A stretch of 64,000 bases of DNA from NCBI RefSeq assembly GCF_000026545.1, contig NC_011601.1; one strand, given 5' to 3'. The notes below the pieces were generated by a model, which worked only from the letters and a program-made list of their open reading frames with translations, did no database searches and had not been told where the DNA came from. The translations under genes were made by a program, and so were the position numbers. This DNA comes from Escherichia coli O127:H6 str. E2348/69. GTDB lineage: Bacteria > Pseudomonadota > Gammaproteobacteria > Enterobacterales > Enterobacteriaceae. Below are positions 1 to 13,851 of the stretch, piece after piece (positions within the stretch are counted from its first letter, which is position 1; each line of letters begins with the position of its first letter).

Positions 1-515
1 TGCGTCGCCGTCATAGTCTGCAAAAATGCTGGGCGGCGCTGTTAGCGTCAATCGTTTTGTTGTTACCTGCCAACCTGTTGCCTATCTCTATCATTTATCT
101 GAATGGTGGTCGGCAGGAAGATACGATTCTTTCCGGAATTATGTCGCTGGCAAGTAGCAACATTGCGGTTGCGGGAATCGTGTTTATCGCCAGTATTCTG
201 GTACCGTTTACTAAAGTGATCGTCATGTTCACTTTACTGTTGAGTATTCATTTTAAATGCCAGCAAGGTTTACGCACACGCATTCTGTTACTGCGGATGG
301 TGACCTGGATTGGTCGCTGGTCGATGCTCGACCTGTTTGTCATATCTTTAACCATGTCGCTGATTAATCGCGATCAGATCCTCGCTTTTACTATGGGACC
401 GGCTGCGTTTTATTTCGGCGCAGCGGTAATTTTGACTATTCTTGCTGTGGAATGGCTGGACAGCCGCTTACTTTGGGATGCACATGAGTCAGGAAACGCC
501 CGCTTCGACGACTGA
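1..515 (+). CDS. letA: LetA/YebS (PqiA-family inner-membrane protein), C-terminal part; gene begins upstream of the window
   Basis: Frame is open from position 3 with no stop until 515; hydrophobic translation matches the YebS C-terminus; overlaps the start of the downstream MCE gene as in the yebS-yebT operon. Confidence 0.85.
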
Positions 516-3117
516 AGCGCAGATTAAAAATAAACGCCGTATCTCACCTTTCTGGCTGCTGCCGTTCATCGCGCTAATGATTGCTGGTTGGCTGATTTGG
601 GACAGTTATCAGGACCGGGGCAATACTGTCACCATCGACTTTATGTCGGCAGATGGTATTGTTCCAGGCCGTACGCCTGTTCGTTATCAGGGCGTTGAAG
701 TTGGAACAGTGCAGGATATCAGCCTCAGCGACGATCTTCGTAAGATTGAAGTCAAGGTCAGCATCAAGTCCGATATGAAAGATGCGCTGCGCGAAGAGAC
801 ACAGTTCTGGTTGGTGACGCCAAAGGCCTCGTTGGCAGGTGTCTCCGGGCTGGACGCCCTCGTCGGTGGTAATTATATCGGCATGATGCCGGGTAAAGGT
901 AAAGAGCAGGATCACTTTGTCGCACTCGACACCCAACCGAAATATCGGCTGGACAATGGCGATCTGATGATCCACCTGCAAGCCCCCGATCTCGGTTCAC
1001 TGAGCAGTGGTTCATTGGTCTATTTCCGCAAGATCCCGGTGGGTAAAGTCTACGACTATGCCATCAATCCCAACAAGCAAGGCGTGGTGATTGATGTCCT
1101 GATCGAGCGGCGTTTTACCGATCTGGTGAAAAAAGGTAGCCGTTTCTGGAACGTTTCCGGCGTTGATGCCAACGTCAGTATCAGTGGCGCGAAGGTGAAA
1201 CTGGAAAGTCTGGCGGCACTGGTTAACGGTGCGATTGCCTTCGATTCACCTGAAGAGTCGAAACCTGCCGAAGCGGAAGATACCTTTGGTCTGTATGAAG
1301 ACCTGGCCCATAGCCAACGTGGCGTAATAATAAAACTGGAACTGCCAGGCGGTGCCGGATTAACCGCCGACTCGACGCCGTTAATGTATCAGGGGCTGGA
1401 AGTCGGACAGCTGACTAAACTGGATTTAAATCCTGGTGGTAACGTCACTGGGGAAATGACCGTTGATCCCAGCGTCGTCACCCTGCTTCGTGAAAATACC
1501 CGCATCGAATTACGTAATCCGAAATTATCCCTTAGCGATGCTAATCTCAGTGCCCTGCTGACCGGCAAAACCTTCGAACTGGTGCCCGGCGATGGCGAGC
1601 CACGTAAAGAGTTTGTTGTTGTGCCAGGCGAAAAAGCCCTGCTGCAAGAGCCGGATGTTCTGACACTGACCCTGACAGCACCAGAAAGTTACGGTATTGA
1701 TGCTGGTCAGCCGCTCATTCTTCACGGCGTGCAGGTAGGCCAGGTTATCGATCGTAAACTCACCAGCAAAGGCGTCACCTTTACCGTCGCCATCGAGCCT
1801 CAGCATCGCGAACTGGTAAAAGGCGATAGCAAATTTGTCGTCAACAGCCGCGTCGACGTGAAGGTAGGGCTGGATGGCGTTGAGTTTCTCGGTGCCAGCG
1901 CCTCAGAATGGATCAATGGCGGAATACGTATTCTGCCGGGCGATAAAGGCGAGATGAAAGCCAGCTATCCACTGTATGCCAATCTGGAAAAAGCGCTGGA
2001 GAACAGCCTTAGCGATTTACCCACCACAACCGTGAGTTTGAGTGCAGAGACGCTGCCTGATGTGCAGGCAGGATCGGTAGTGCTGTACCGTAAATTTGAA
2101 GTTGGTGAAGTTATTACTGTGCGTCCACGAGCTAACGCGTTTGATATCGATCTGCATATTAAGCCGGAGTATCGCAACCTTCTGACCAGCAACAGCGTGT
2201 TCTGGGCAGAAGGTGGGGCAAAAGTTCAGCTGAATGGTAGTGGTCTGACTGTACAGGCATCCCCGCTCTCCAGAGCATTAAAGGGGGCTATTAGCTTCGA
2301 TAACCTCAGCGGTGCCAGCGCCAGTCAGCGTAAAGGCGACAAGCGTATTCTGTATGCTTCCGAAACAGCGGCCCGTGCGGTTGGCGGACAAATTACGCTT
2401 CACGCTTTCGATGCGGGAAAACTGGCGGTCGGGATGCCAATTCGCTATCTCGGTATTGATATCGGGCAAATCCAGACGCTGGATCTGATTACCGCACGCA
2501 ATGAAGTACAGGCAAAGGCGGTGCTCTATCCGGAATATGTCCAGACCTTTGCTCGCGGTGGTACGCGCTTCTCAGTGGTCACACCGCAAATTTCGGCAGC
2601 TGGCGTTGAGCATCTTGATACTATCCTCCAGCCGTATATCAACGTCGAACCAGGCCGGGGCAATCCTCGCCGCGACTTTGAATTACAAGAGGCCACCATT
2701 ACTGATTCGCGTTACCTGGATGGCTTAAGCATTATTGTTGAAGCGCCGGAAGCCGGTTCGTTAGGTATCGGTACACCTGTGCTGTTCCGTGGTCTGGAAG
2801 TAGGTACGGTTACCGGAATGACGCTGGGGACATTGTCAGATCGCGTGATGATTGCGATGCGCATCAGTAAACGCTATCAACACCTGGTGCGTAACAATTC
2901 CGTCTTCTGGTTGGCATCGGGTTACAGTCTGGACTTTGGTCTGACGGGCGGCGTAGTGAAAACCGGCACCTTTAACCAGTTTATCCGTGGCGGCATCGCC
3001 TTCGCCACGCCTCCGGGTACGCCACTGGCACCGAAAGCCCAGGAAGGCAAGCACTTCCTGTTGCAGGAAAGTGAACCGAAAGAGTGGCGTGAATGGGGAA
3101 CTGCGCTTCCCAAATAA
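484..3117 (+). CDS. letB: LetB/YebT, multi-MCE-domain periplasm-spanning lipid transport protein (877 aa)
   Basis: ORF 442..3117; ATG at 484 gives MSQETPAST... and 877 aa; repeated MCE-like segments visible in the translation. Confidence 0.9.
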
Positions 3118-3196
3118 TGCCCACTGCTCCGGCGTGCCTGCGCCGGAGCGTTTATGCTAAACTGCGCGCCTGTTTTTTTGCCAGTGGTATATGCTC

Positions 3197-4636
3197 GTGG
3201 CCCAACACACCGTTTATTTCCCGGACGCCTTTCTGACACAAATGCGCGAAGCGATGCCTTCGACGCTCTCTTTTGATGATTTTCTTGCCGCCTGTCAGCG
3301 CCCGTTGCGCCGCAGCATTCGCGTTAATACGCTGAAAACCTCCGTTGCTGATTTCCTGCAATTAACTGCTCCTTATGGCTGGACGCTTACGCCAATTCCG
3401 TGGTGTGAAGAAGGTTTCTGGATTGAACGCGACAGTGAAGATGCATTGCCGTTGGGTAGTACCGCCGAGCATTTAAGCGGCCTGTTTTATATTCAGGAAG
3501 CCAGTTCAATGTTGCCTGTTGCCGCCTTGTTTGCTGACGGTAATGCACCACAGCGGGTGATGGATGTCGCTGCTGCACCAGGTTCCAAAACGACGCAAAT
3601 TGCTGCGCGGATGAATAACGAAGGGGCAATCCTTGCCAATGAGTTTTCCGCCAGTCGGGTAAAAGTGTTACATGCCAATATCAGCCGCTGTGGCATCAGT
3701 AATGTTGCGCTCACGCATTTTGATGGCCGCGTGTTTGGTGCGGCAGTGCCAGAAATGTTCGATGCCATTTTGCTGGACGCTCCCTGCTCCGGCGAAGGCG
3801 TGGTGCGTAAAGATCCCGATGCGCTAAAAAACTGGTCACCAGAAAGCAATCAGGAAATCGCAGCGACCCAACGGGAGCTGATCGACAGCGCCTTTCATGC
3901 ATTACGTCCTGGCGGTACGCTGGTTTACTCGACCTGTACCTTAAACCGGGAAGAAAACGAAGCCGTTTGCCTGTGGCTGAAAGAGACTTATCCCGACGCA
4001 GTAGAGTTTTTACCGCTTGGCGATCTCTTCCCTGGTGCAAACAAGGCGCTGACCGAGGAAGGCTTTTTGCATGTTTTCCCACAAATTTACGACTGCGAAG
4101 GCTTCTTCGTTGCTCGTCTGCGTAAAACTCAGGCGATCCCCGTCTTACCCGCCCCAAAATACAAAGTGGGCAATTTCCCGTTCAGCCCGGTGAAAGATCG
4201 CGAAGCCGGACAAATTCGTCAGGCGGCTGCAAGTGTTGGCTTAAACTGGGATGAAAACCTGCGACTCTGGCAGCGTGACAAAGAACTGTGGTTGTTCCCG
4301 GTAGGCATTGAAGCCCTGATCGGTAAAGTCCGATTTTCTCGCCTGGGGATTAAACTTGCCGAAACGCACAACAAAGGTTATCGCTGGCAGCATGAAGCCG
4401 TTATTGCCCTTGCCTCCCCCGACAATGTGAACGCTTTTGAACTGACACCGCAGGAAGCGGAAGAGTGGTATCGCGGGCGCGATGTTTACCCGCAAGCCGC
4501 GCCAGTGGCGGATGATGTATTGGTTACTTTCCAGCATCAGCCGATTGGTTTAGCCAAACGGATTGGTTCACGACTGAAAAACAGCTACCCGCGTGAACTG
4601 GTGCGCGACGGGAAACTTTTTACCGGTAACGCCTGA
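3197..4636 (+). CDS. rsmF: 16S rRNA m5C1407 methyltransferase RsmF (YebU)
   Basis: ORF 3191..4636; SAM-methyltransferase motifs ([22 protein letters not shown]); start assumed at GTG 3197 for a 479-aa product, ATG 3191 is the alternative. Confidence 0.9.
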   Translation: MAQHTVYFPDAFLTQMREAMPSTLSFDDFLAACQRPLRRSIRVNTLKTSVADFLQLTAPYGWTLTPIPWCEEGFWIERDSEDALPLGSTAEHLSGLFYIQEASSMLPVAALFADGNAPQRVMDVAAAPGSKTTQIAARMNNEGAILANEFSASRVKVLHANISRCGISNVALTHFDGRVFGAAVPEMFDAILLDAPCSGEGVVRKDPDALKNWSPESNQEIAATQRELIDSAFHALRPGGTLVYSTCTLNREENEAVCLWLKETYPDAVEFLPLGDLFPGANKALTEEGFLHVFPQIYDCEGFFVARLRKTQAIPVLPAPKYKVGNFPFSPVKDREAGQIRQAAASVGLNWDENLRLWQRDKELWLFPVGIEALIGKVRFSRLGIKLAETHNKGYRWQHEAVIALASPDNVNAFELTPQEAEEWYRGRDVYPQAAPVADDVLVTFQHQPIGLAKRIGSRLKNSYPRELVRDGKLFTGNA

Positions 4637-4753
4637 CAGCGCACAAAAAAAGCGCACTTTTTGACTGGCACATTCGACTGCCTCAACTAGGCTGAAAAAT
4701 GGTGCGATCGGACTGGTCGTACCACAACCGGCAGCTAAATGGAGAGCACGAAG

Positions 4754-4990
4754 ATGAAAACCAGTGTGCGCATAGGCGCTTTTGAAATCGACGATGGCGA
4801 ATTACACGGCGAATCGCCGGGTGATCGAACGTTAACCATTCCTTGTAAATCAGACCCCGATTTATGTATGCAACTGGATGCCTGGGATGCTGAAACCAGT
4901 ATCCCTGCCCTGCTAAATGGCGAACACTCTGTCCTTTACCGTACCCGTTACGATCAACAATCTGATGCCTGGATTATGCGTCTTGCCTGA
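4754..4990 (+). CDS. yebV: Small protein YebV (78 aa), function unknown
   Basis: ORF 4739..4990; start placed at the second ATG (MKTSVRIGAFEIDD...). Confidence 0.8.
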   Translation: MKTSVRIGAFEIDDGELHGESPGDRTLTIPCKSDPDLCMQLDAWDAETSIPALLNGEHSVLYRTRYDQQSDAWIMRLA

Positions 4991-5094
4991 TCCAAAAAGA
5001 ACCCGTCGGCATGGCGGGTTATTTGTCCGGGTTATTCCCCCGTTGTAAAATCTCTCCTAAACTTAACGGTACGGCACCACACTTCGGGGATGAA

Positions 5095-5286
5095 ATGTTC
5101 GCGCTGGTACTTTTTGTTTGCTACCTGGATGGCGGTTGTGAAGATATTGTTGTGGATGTCTACAACACGGAACAGCAGTGTCTTTATTCTATGAGCGATC
5201 AACGGATCCGCCATGGCGGTTGTTTTCCGATTGAGGATTTTATAGATGGTTTCTGGCGACCTGCACAGGAGTACGGTGATTTTTAA
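5095..5286 (+). CDS. yebW: Small protein YebW (63 aa), function unknown
   Basis: ORF 5011..5286; start at the internal ATG giving MFALVLFVCYLDGG...; ends 1 bp before the convergent pphA stop. Confidence 0.7.
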   Translation: MFALVLFVCYLDGGCEDIVVDVYNTEQQCLYSMSDQRIRHGGCFPIEDFIDGFWRPAQEYGDF

Positions 5287-5943
5287 TTATTGCAATTGCA
5301 CAAGAGTCAGTTCTCCCCCAAAGACAGCACCGGTATCAATATAATGCAGGTTGCCAATATCCACGCGATGGCGCAAAGGTGTATGACCAAACCAGAAATG
5401 ATCAGCACCTGCAATTCCCTGCCCTTTTTGGCGTTCACCTAATCGCGAGCGGCTCCACAAGACCTGATGCAAATCGACGTCCTTTTGCCATTCATAGACA
5501 TCATCTGGATAATCGGCATGAGCAATAACATGTTTGCCGGTGCGACTGTGTAATTCAAGAATAAAGGGCAAATGCTGACATTTTTCCAGCGCCGTTTTCG
5601 CTTGTTTCTGTTGATTATCTGCCAGCGCAATAAACCAGTCGCCGCCATTTATCAACCATAAAGACATCTGCCGGGATGCCAGCGCATCCATCGCCATCTG
5701 TTCATGATTGCCTCTTACCGCACGAACCCAATGTTGTTCCAGTAACTGCAGGCAACGTAAACTTTGCGGCCCACGATCGATAACGTCTCCCACTGAGATA
5801 AGTAAATCTCGCCACGGATCAAAACGACAATGCCATAATTTGCGGCGCAATTGCTCAAGACAACCGTGTATATCGCCTGAAAGCCAGATATGTCGCCATT
5901 GATGACCCGCAATTCTCTGATAAATGGGCGCAGGCTGTTTCAT
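5287..5943 (-). CDS. pphA: Serine/threonine protein phosphatase 1 (PrpA/PphA)
   Basis: 219-aa ORF with calcineurin-like phosphoesterase motifs (GDIHGC, GDVIDRG, GNHE). Confidence 0.9.
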   Translation of the reverse strand: MKQPAPIYQRIAGHQWRHIWLSGDIHGCLEQLRRKLWHCRFDPWRDLLISVGDVIDRGPQSLRCLQLLEQHWVRAVRGNHEQMAMDALASRQMSLWLINGGDWFIALADNQQKQAKTALEKCQHLPFILELHSRTGKHVIAHADYPDDVYEWQKDVDLHQVLWSRSRLGERQKGQGIAGADHFWFGHTPLRHRVDIGNLHYIDTGAVFGGELTLVQLQ

Positions 5944-6039
5944 CAATATTTTCCTCCCGCGCTAAAGATCACATAATCTTAACAAGAATGTTAAAAAACG
6001 CTGGACTCAGACAGTAGAGTGTGTGTTATGGTTGACTAT

Positions 6040-6308
6040 AAAGTCAGCGAAGGGAATGCTTCTGGCTTTTAACAGATAAAAAGAGACCGAACACGATTCC
6101 TGTATTCGGTCCAGGGAAATGGCTCTTGGGAGAGAGCCGTGCGCTAAAAGTTGGCATTAATGCAGGCTTAGTTGCCTTGCTCTTTAAGAATAGATGACGA
6201 CGCCAGGTTTTCCAGTTTGCGTGCAAAATGGTCAATAAAAAGCGTGGGGGTCATCAGCTTAAATGTTAAAAACCGCCCGTTCTGGTGAAAGAACTGAGGC
6301 GGTTTTTT
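6040..6308 (+). ncRNA. ryeA: RyeA (SraC) sRNA, antisense partner of SdsR; ends are approximate
   Basis: Known to be encoded opposite sdsR and fully overlapping it; 3' end placed at the plus-strand terminator at 6266..6309; 5' end not determinable from sequence alone. Confidence 0.35.
6078..6180 (-). ncRNA. sdsR: SdsR (RyeB) sRNA, RpoS-dependent
   Basis: Minus-strand sequence 6180->6078 reads GCAAGGCAACUAAGCCUGCAUUAAUGCC...GGUCUCUUUUU, matching the SdsR sequence as I recall it, including the 3' hairpin and U-tail. Confidence 0.8.
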
Positions 6309-6309
6309 A
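6266..6309. terminator. Bidirectional rho-independent terminator (yebY on minus strand, RyeA on plus strand)
   Basis: aaaaACCGCCcgttctggtgaaagaactgaGGCGGTttttt: GC stem flanked by A-run and T-run. Confidence 0.6.
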
Positions 6310-6337
6310 TTGGAAATCAAAAGGCTATTTTAGGTAA

Positions 6338-6679
6338 TTAACAGAGTTTTTCAGCTCGCTCTATAAACGGTGCCAGACTCATTTTTTCGCCGGGATTGTT
6401 AGGATCATCAATCTGAATCACCGAAATGAGTTGGGCTTTAGTCTTCCCACTGGCAACTTCCTTTTGTGCGATATCGTTTAAAGGATACTGCACGAGGGTA
6501 CTTGGGTTGATGACATACAAAGCATTACCTGGTCGGCAAGTCAGCATCACCTCTTCGCGATTAAACGCCCATTTGTCTTTACCCACTTCAAAACGGCTGA
6601 CGGTAATCACCTGCGGTGCCGCCAGCGCAGCTGCAGAACTGGTGAGTAACAGAAACGCCAGAATACTTTTTTTCATCAT
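6338..6679 (-). CDS. yebY: YebY (DUF2511) exported protein, 113 aa
   Basis: ORF with signal peptide ([20 protein letters not shown]); last gene of the yobA-yebZ-yebY cluster. Confidence 0.9.
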   Translation of the reverse strand: MMKKSILAFLLLTSSAAALAAPQVITVSRFEVGKDKWAFNREEVMLTCRPGNALYVINPSTLVQYPLNDIAQKEVASGKTKAQLISVIQIDDPNNPGEKMSLAPFIERAEKLC

Positions 6680-6691
6680 TTTCGTAATCCA

Positions 6692-7564
6692 TCAAAAAGG
6701 TTCGAGAGTCGCAAGCAGGCTGATGATCACCAGCACTACCGCACCTATCGCCCATTCGAGTTTAGTCATCCAGACAAACCAGGGAGCCGCACGATCTTCA
6801 TCCTGCCTCATGCGCGGTACAAGAACATAACGATTAGCCAGCGCGATGACCACCATAATCATCACCAGGATGGCTTTGAGCAATAAGAGTTGGCCCCAGT
6901 AAGTCGTAAGCGTGGGGGGAAATCCGGTAATCAACAATGCATTAAGCACGCCGCTTGCCAGTACGCCGATCACCGCAAAATGCCCGCACCAGGAAAAACG
7001 CATCAGCGCCTGAATAGCCTGGTGTCGCCAACGGCCTTTGATGAGTTGCATACACCAAAGCACCGGCAGTAATCCCCCAAACCACGCCGCCGCACAGATC
7101 AGGTGAATTGCGTGATTAGTCTGATGGATTTTCGCCGTTACCCCTTCATTCAGCGTCGCATGCCCGACTCCCGCCAGCAGAAAAAATTGCGCGGTAGTGA
7201 GCATAAACAGCAAACGTGGCATATTCCGCGGTTGCATAAGAGCAACGATCAACGTTACGAGGGCGAGAACAATTTGCCATAACCAGACGCCACCAAACTG
7301 CGTTTGCAAAACAGCCTGCCAAATATTTGGCGAAAATACATCTGTCCATCCCGTTCCCATCAACCCGCCCTGAACGGCGAGCATTGCAGTGGCACTGATC
7401 AAACTCCAGACGGCAGCGTGCTGTTGTAAACGCAGAAAACGCTTCGTCAGCAAGCGACGAATCGTTAAGGGTGCCAGCCAGGCACCGTACATTGCGAAGC
7501 CAAAGACCAGCATCAGCGAGGTGAAATGGATAAATTGCAGCGCGATCCAGGTAAACGCCAGCAT
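6692..7564 (-). CDS. yebZ: YebZ, CopD-family inner-membrane protein
   Basis: 290-aa polytopic membrane ORF immediately downstream of yobA. Confidence 0.9.
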   Translation of the reverse strand: MLAFTWIALQFIHFTSLMLVFGFAMYGAWLAPLTIRRLLTKRFLRLQQHAAVWSLISATAMLAVQGGLMGTGWTDVFSPNIWQAVLQTQFGGVWLWQIVLALVTLIVALMQPRNMPRLLFMLTTAQFFLLAGVGHATLNEGVTAKIHQTNHAIHLICAAAWFGGLLPVLWCMQLIKGRWRHQAIQALMRFSWCGHFAVIGVLASGVLNALLITGFPPTLTTYWGQLLLLKAILVMIMVVIALANRYVLVPRMRQDEDRAAPWFVWMTKLEWAIGAVVLVIISLLATLEPF

Positions 7565-7567
7565 GAT

Positions 7568-7942
7568 TTATTTCACGCTAAAGGTGTAGTGTCCTTTCGT
7601 TTTATGCCCATCCACCGAAACAACATGCCAGTCAACGGTGTAGGTTCCGGGTTTCAGCGAATCGGCCAGTGGAACAATCAGTTGCTTTTGGTCCTGCTCA
7701 TTCCGCTTCGCCGGTAATGTTTTAATATTTTCGTTTTTTGGCCCCGTGATTTTTGCACCACTGAATCCTGTTTCAACGCCTTCCGAGAAGTTTAAAGTAA
7801 TTGCCTGCGGGGCAGCTGTCACTTGCGCGTTTGCCGCAGGATACTGATGCGTTAAATGCGCATGTGCCCAGACGGAAGGTGTCACCAACGAAGTGGTCAG
7901 GATTGCCAGCGCGTAGCGAAGGGAGCGTGCAGTTGAAGTCAT
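7568..7942 (-). CDS. yobA: YobA, CopC-family periplasmic copper-binding protein
   Basis: 124-aa ORF with signal peptide and a CopC-like fold signature (HAHL...GTYTVDWHVVSVDGHKT). Confidence 0.9.
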   Translation of the reverse strand: MTSTARSLRYALAILTTSLVTPSVWAHAHLTHQYPAANAQVTAAPQAITLNFSEGVETGFSGAKITGPKNENIKTLPAKRNEQDQKQLIVPLADSLKPGTYTVDWHVVSVDGHKTKGHYTFSVK

Positions 7943-8080
7943 ATTATCTATTCCTTTTTGTAATAACTTTTTTACAGAGCATAACCTTGTCTAATGTCTG
8001 AGTCGAGGATCATCAATTCCGGCTTGCCATCCAGGCTCACTCTTAGTAACTTTTGCCCGCGAATGATGAGGAGATTAAGA

Positions 8081-8311
8081 ATGCTGAAGAATCTGGCTAA
8101 ACTGGATCAAACAGAAATGGATAAAGTGAATGTCGATTTGGCGGCGGCCGGGGTGGCATTTAAAGAACGCTACAATATGCCGGTGATCGCTGAAGCGGTT
8201 GAACGTGAACAGCCTGAACATTTGCGCAGCTGGTTTCGCGAGCGGCTTATCGCCCACCGTTTGGCTTCGGTCAACCTGTCACGTTTACCTTACGAGCCCA
8301 AACTTAAATAA
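8081..8311 (+). CDS. holE: DNA polymerase III theta subunit
   Basis: ORF 7994..8311; internal ATG at 8081 gives the 76-aa product [35 protein letters not shown]... Confidence 0.85.
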
Positions 8312-8412
8312 AACTTATACATAGTTACACTTTCTTACATAACGCCTGCTAAATTATGAGTATTTTCTAAACCGCACCCATAATTTGCAGTCATTTTGAA
8401 AAGGAAGTCATT

Positions 8413-9069
8413 ATGTCGTTCTGGAAAGTTGCAGCAGCGCAATATGAGCCCCGTAAAACCTCACTCACCGAACAGGTAGCTCATCATCTGGAGTTTGTGA
8501 GGGCCGCCGCCAGGCAACAATGTCAGCTGTTAGTTTTTCCATCGCTTTCTTTACTGGGGTGTGATTATTCGCGACGTGCCCTTCCTGCCCCACCCGATCT
8601 CTCGCTATTAGACCCGCTTTGTTATGCCGCAACGACCTGGCGAATGACCATCATTGCCGGCCTTCCCGTTGAATTTAACGATCGCTTTATTCGTGGAATT
8701 GCGGTGTTCGCACCGTGGCGAAAAACGCCAGGGATCTACCATCAGAGTTATGGTGCATGTCTGGGCCGTCGTTCCAGAACCATCACGGTGGTCGATGAAC
8801 AACCGCAAGGTATGGATATGGACCCGACCTGTTCACTGTTTACGACAGGGCAATGTCTGGGAGAACCCGACCTGCTGGCGTCGGCCCGTCGCTTACAATT
8901 TTTTTCACATCAGTACTCGATTGCTGTGCTGATGGCAAATGCCCGTGGTAACAGTGCACTATGGGATGAACATGGTCGTCTCATCGTTCGCGCCGATCGT
9001 GGTTCATTATTGTTAGTCGGTCAGCGTTCATCACAGGGTTGGCAAGGCGATATCATTCCATTACGCTAG
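8413..9069 (+). CDS. yobB: YobB, carbon-nitrogen hydrolase (nitrilase-superfamily) protein
   Basis: 218-aa ORF at the expected position upstream of exoX. Confidence 0.85.
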   Translation: MSFWKVAAAQYEPRKTSLTEQVAHHLEFVRAAARQQCQLLVFPSLSLLGCDYSRRALPAPPDLSLLDPLCYAATTWRMTIIAGLPVEFNDRFIRGIAVFAPWRKTPGIYHQSYGACLGRRSRTITVVDEQPQGMDMDPTCSLFTTGQCLGEPDLLASARRLQFFSHQYSIAVLMANARGNSALWDEHGRLIVRADRGSLLLVGQRSSQGWQGDIIPLR

Positions 9070-9092
9070 GCTTTTTCGGCCTGGAGCATGCC

Positions 9093-11839
<2,747 letters not shown>

Positions 11840-12018
11840 TTATAAGGGTGGCAAAACTCACCGGGGATGCAAGCGAAACAGGGTAGTCATTGCTTAGATG
11901 ATGACAGGTAATGGCGCGGATATCGAATGTTATGCAGACAGAGAAAATCAGCCTGCTCAAATGGCTGTGCGGTTCTGGATAGCCCGAAATCGTCAACTTC
12001 AGGCTATCCAGAGCGGAA

Positions 12019-12678
12019 TTATTCCGCCAAAGTGCGTTTTTGTTGTTCGAGATCGCGTTCAATGCCTTCACGAACGTCCTGGGGGATTTTCAGCGCGTCA
12101 CCCAGTGCATTCAGGTAACTGCGTTCCATAAAATGATCAATATCAATAGCCGCGCAGCTCAGGAAATAGATTTCCAGCGCCTCTTCTTCATTGCGGACCC
12201 CGGTAGCCAGGCGTTGTGGATCCAGCGGTTGTTCGATTGCCTGCTCAATGAGTACACGCCCTTGTTCTTCCACGCCGGCTTCACGCAATTGCAGGTCGAT
12301 TGCCGCACGTTCTTTTGCATCAATATGACCATCACTTTTAGCGGCAAAGACCAGCGCAAGGATCAAACGTTCCGTACGCTCATCCAGCGGCGTACTTTGC
12401 GCGCCAAACTGCGGTTCGTCCTGATGCGCCGCGCGAATTTTATCTTTGTATTTATTCCACAGCACCGTACCCGCTACCGCTCCGCCGCCAACCAGTAACG
12501 CGTTTGTGCCATATTTCGTAAGAAGTTTACGTGCTGATTTATTTGCGACCAGCAGCCCAGCCAGTCCGCCTAATGCGCCAGGCACTAAAAGTTTGCCCAA
12601 TCCCTGATCCGCAGACGAGGAGGTAGAAGAACGGCTTTGCCCAAGCAGGGATTGCAGTTGATTTAACCAGTTAGCCAT
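12019..12678 (-). CDS. yebE: YebE (DUF533) inner-membrane protein
   Basis: 219-aa ORF between ptrB and yebF. Confidence 0.85.
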   Translation of the reverse strand: MANWLNQLQSLLGQSRSSTSSSADQGLGKLLVPGALGGLAGLLVANKSARKLLTKYGTNALLVGGGAVAGTVLWNKYKDKIRAAHQDEPQFGAQSTPLDERTERLILALVFAAKSDGHIDAKERAAIDLQLREAGVEEQGRVLIEQAIEQPLDPQRLATGVRNEEEALEIYFLSCAAIDIDHFMERSYLNALGDALKIPQDVREGIERDLEQQKRTLAE

Positions 12679-13004
12679 ATTTGCTCCTCAATAACCATTT
12701 TTAGTGCCTGTAGCATAGCGGATGAGGATGTCAGAAAATGTATATCGAGACAAAAGATGCGCAAATAAGCGGGGCGGTAGGCCGTTATTCAAAGAAATTC
12801 GCGCCAGGTAAGGTGTTCACTGTATATAAGGTGATAAGGGTATTTTAGGTGAAAGTAATTTGACGTTTTGAGTGGCACTGTTTGACGCTGATTGCCCGAT
12901 GCGACGCTGTTGCGTCTTCTCAGGCCTACGATTGTGGTGCGTTGTGGGGCGGACAAGGCATTCGCGCCGCATCCGCCAACGGTCAATCGAATTATCAGAA
13001 GCCA

Positions 13005-13409
<405 letters not shown>

Positions 13410-13427
13410 TCAGGAGCGCAAGTTGCT

Positions 13428-13718
13428 TCAGGCCACGTGTGAGGCATCTTCCTCTTCGGATTCAGCACCGACGACCTGTGGGGACGGTAATTTGCCGGTT
13501 TTCAGAATGGTGCTCAGCACATCTTTTTGTTCTGCCAGCCATAGCGAAAGGGCTTCACGTTGCTCGTCTTCCATTTGCACTGGAGAATTTGTCAGCCAGG
13601 TGTCAAGCAGATCGGCCGTATCAAGCATCTTGTCATAAGCATCGGCTTCCTTTTTGCTGGTAAACGACATTTTCTCTTCGCCCTCACGAATGACTACGTA
13701 TTTAACTTCAACCGCCAT
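13428..13718 (-). CDS. yebG: DNA-damage-inducible protein YebG (SOS regulon)
   Basis: 96-aa ORF MAVEVKYVVIREGEEKMSF...; LexA box immediately upstream. Confidence 0.9.
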   Translation of the reverse strand: MAVEVKYVVIREGEEKMSFTSKKEADAYDKMLDTADLLDTWLTNSPVQMEDEQREALSLWLAEQKDVLSTILKTGKLPSPQVVGAESEEEDASHVA

Positions 13719-13735
13719 TTGCAGCCTCTCACAAT

Positions 13736-13755
13736 AACTGTGATTTTATACAGTA
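13736..13755. promoter_or_regulatory. LexA operator (SOS box) of yebG
   Basis: aaCTGTgattttatACAGta: CTGT-N8-ACAG palindrome 18 bp upstream of the yebG start. Confidence 0.8.
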
Positions 13756-13798
13756 TATTTCTTTTCAGTTGGGAAATCAACATCAGCAATAAAGACAC

Positions 13799-13814
13799 AC
13801 GCAAACGTTTTCGT
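13799..13814. promoter_or_regulatory. PurR operator upstream of purT
   Basis: ACGCAAACGTTTTCGT matches the PurR box consensus; lies about 40 bp upstream of the purT ATG. Confidence 0.8.
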
Positions 13815-13851
13815 TTATACTGCGCGCGGAATTAATCAGGGGATATTCGTT

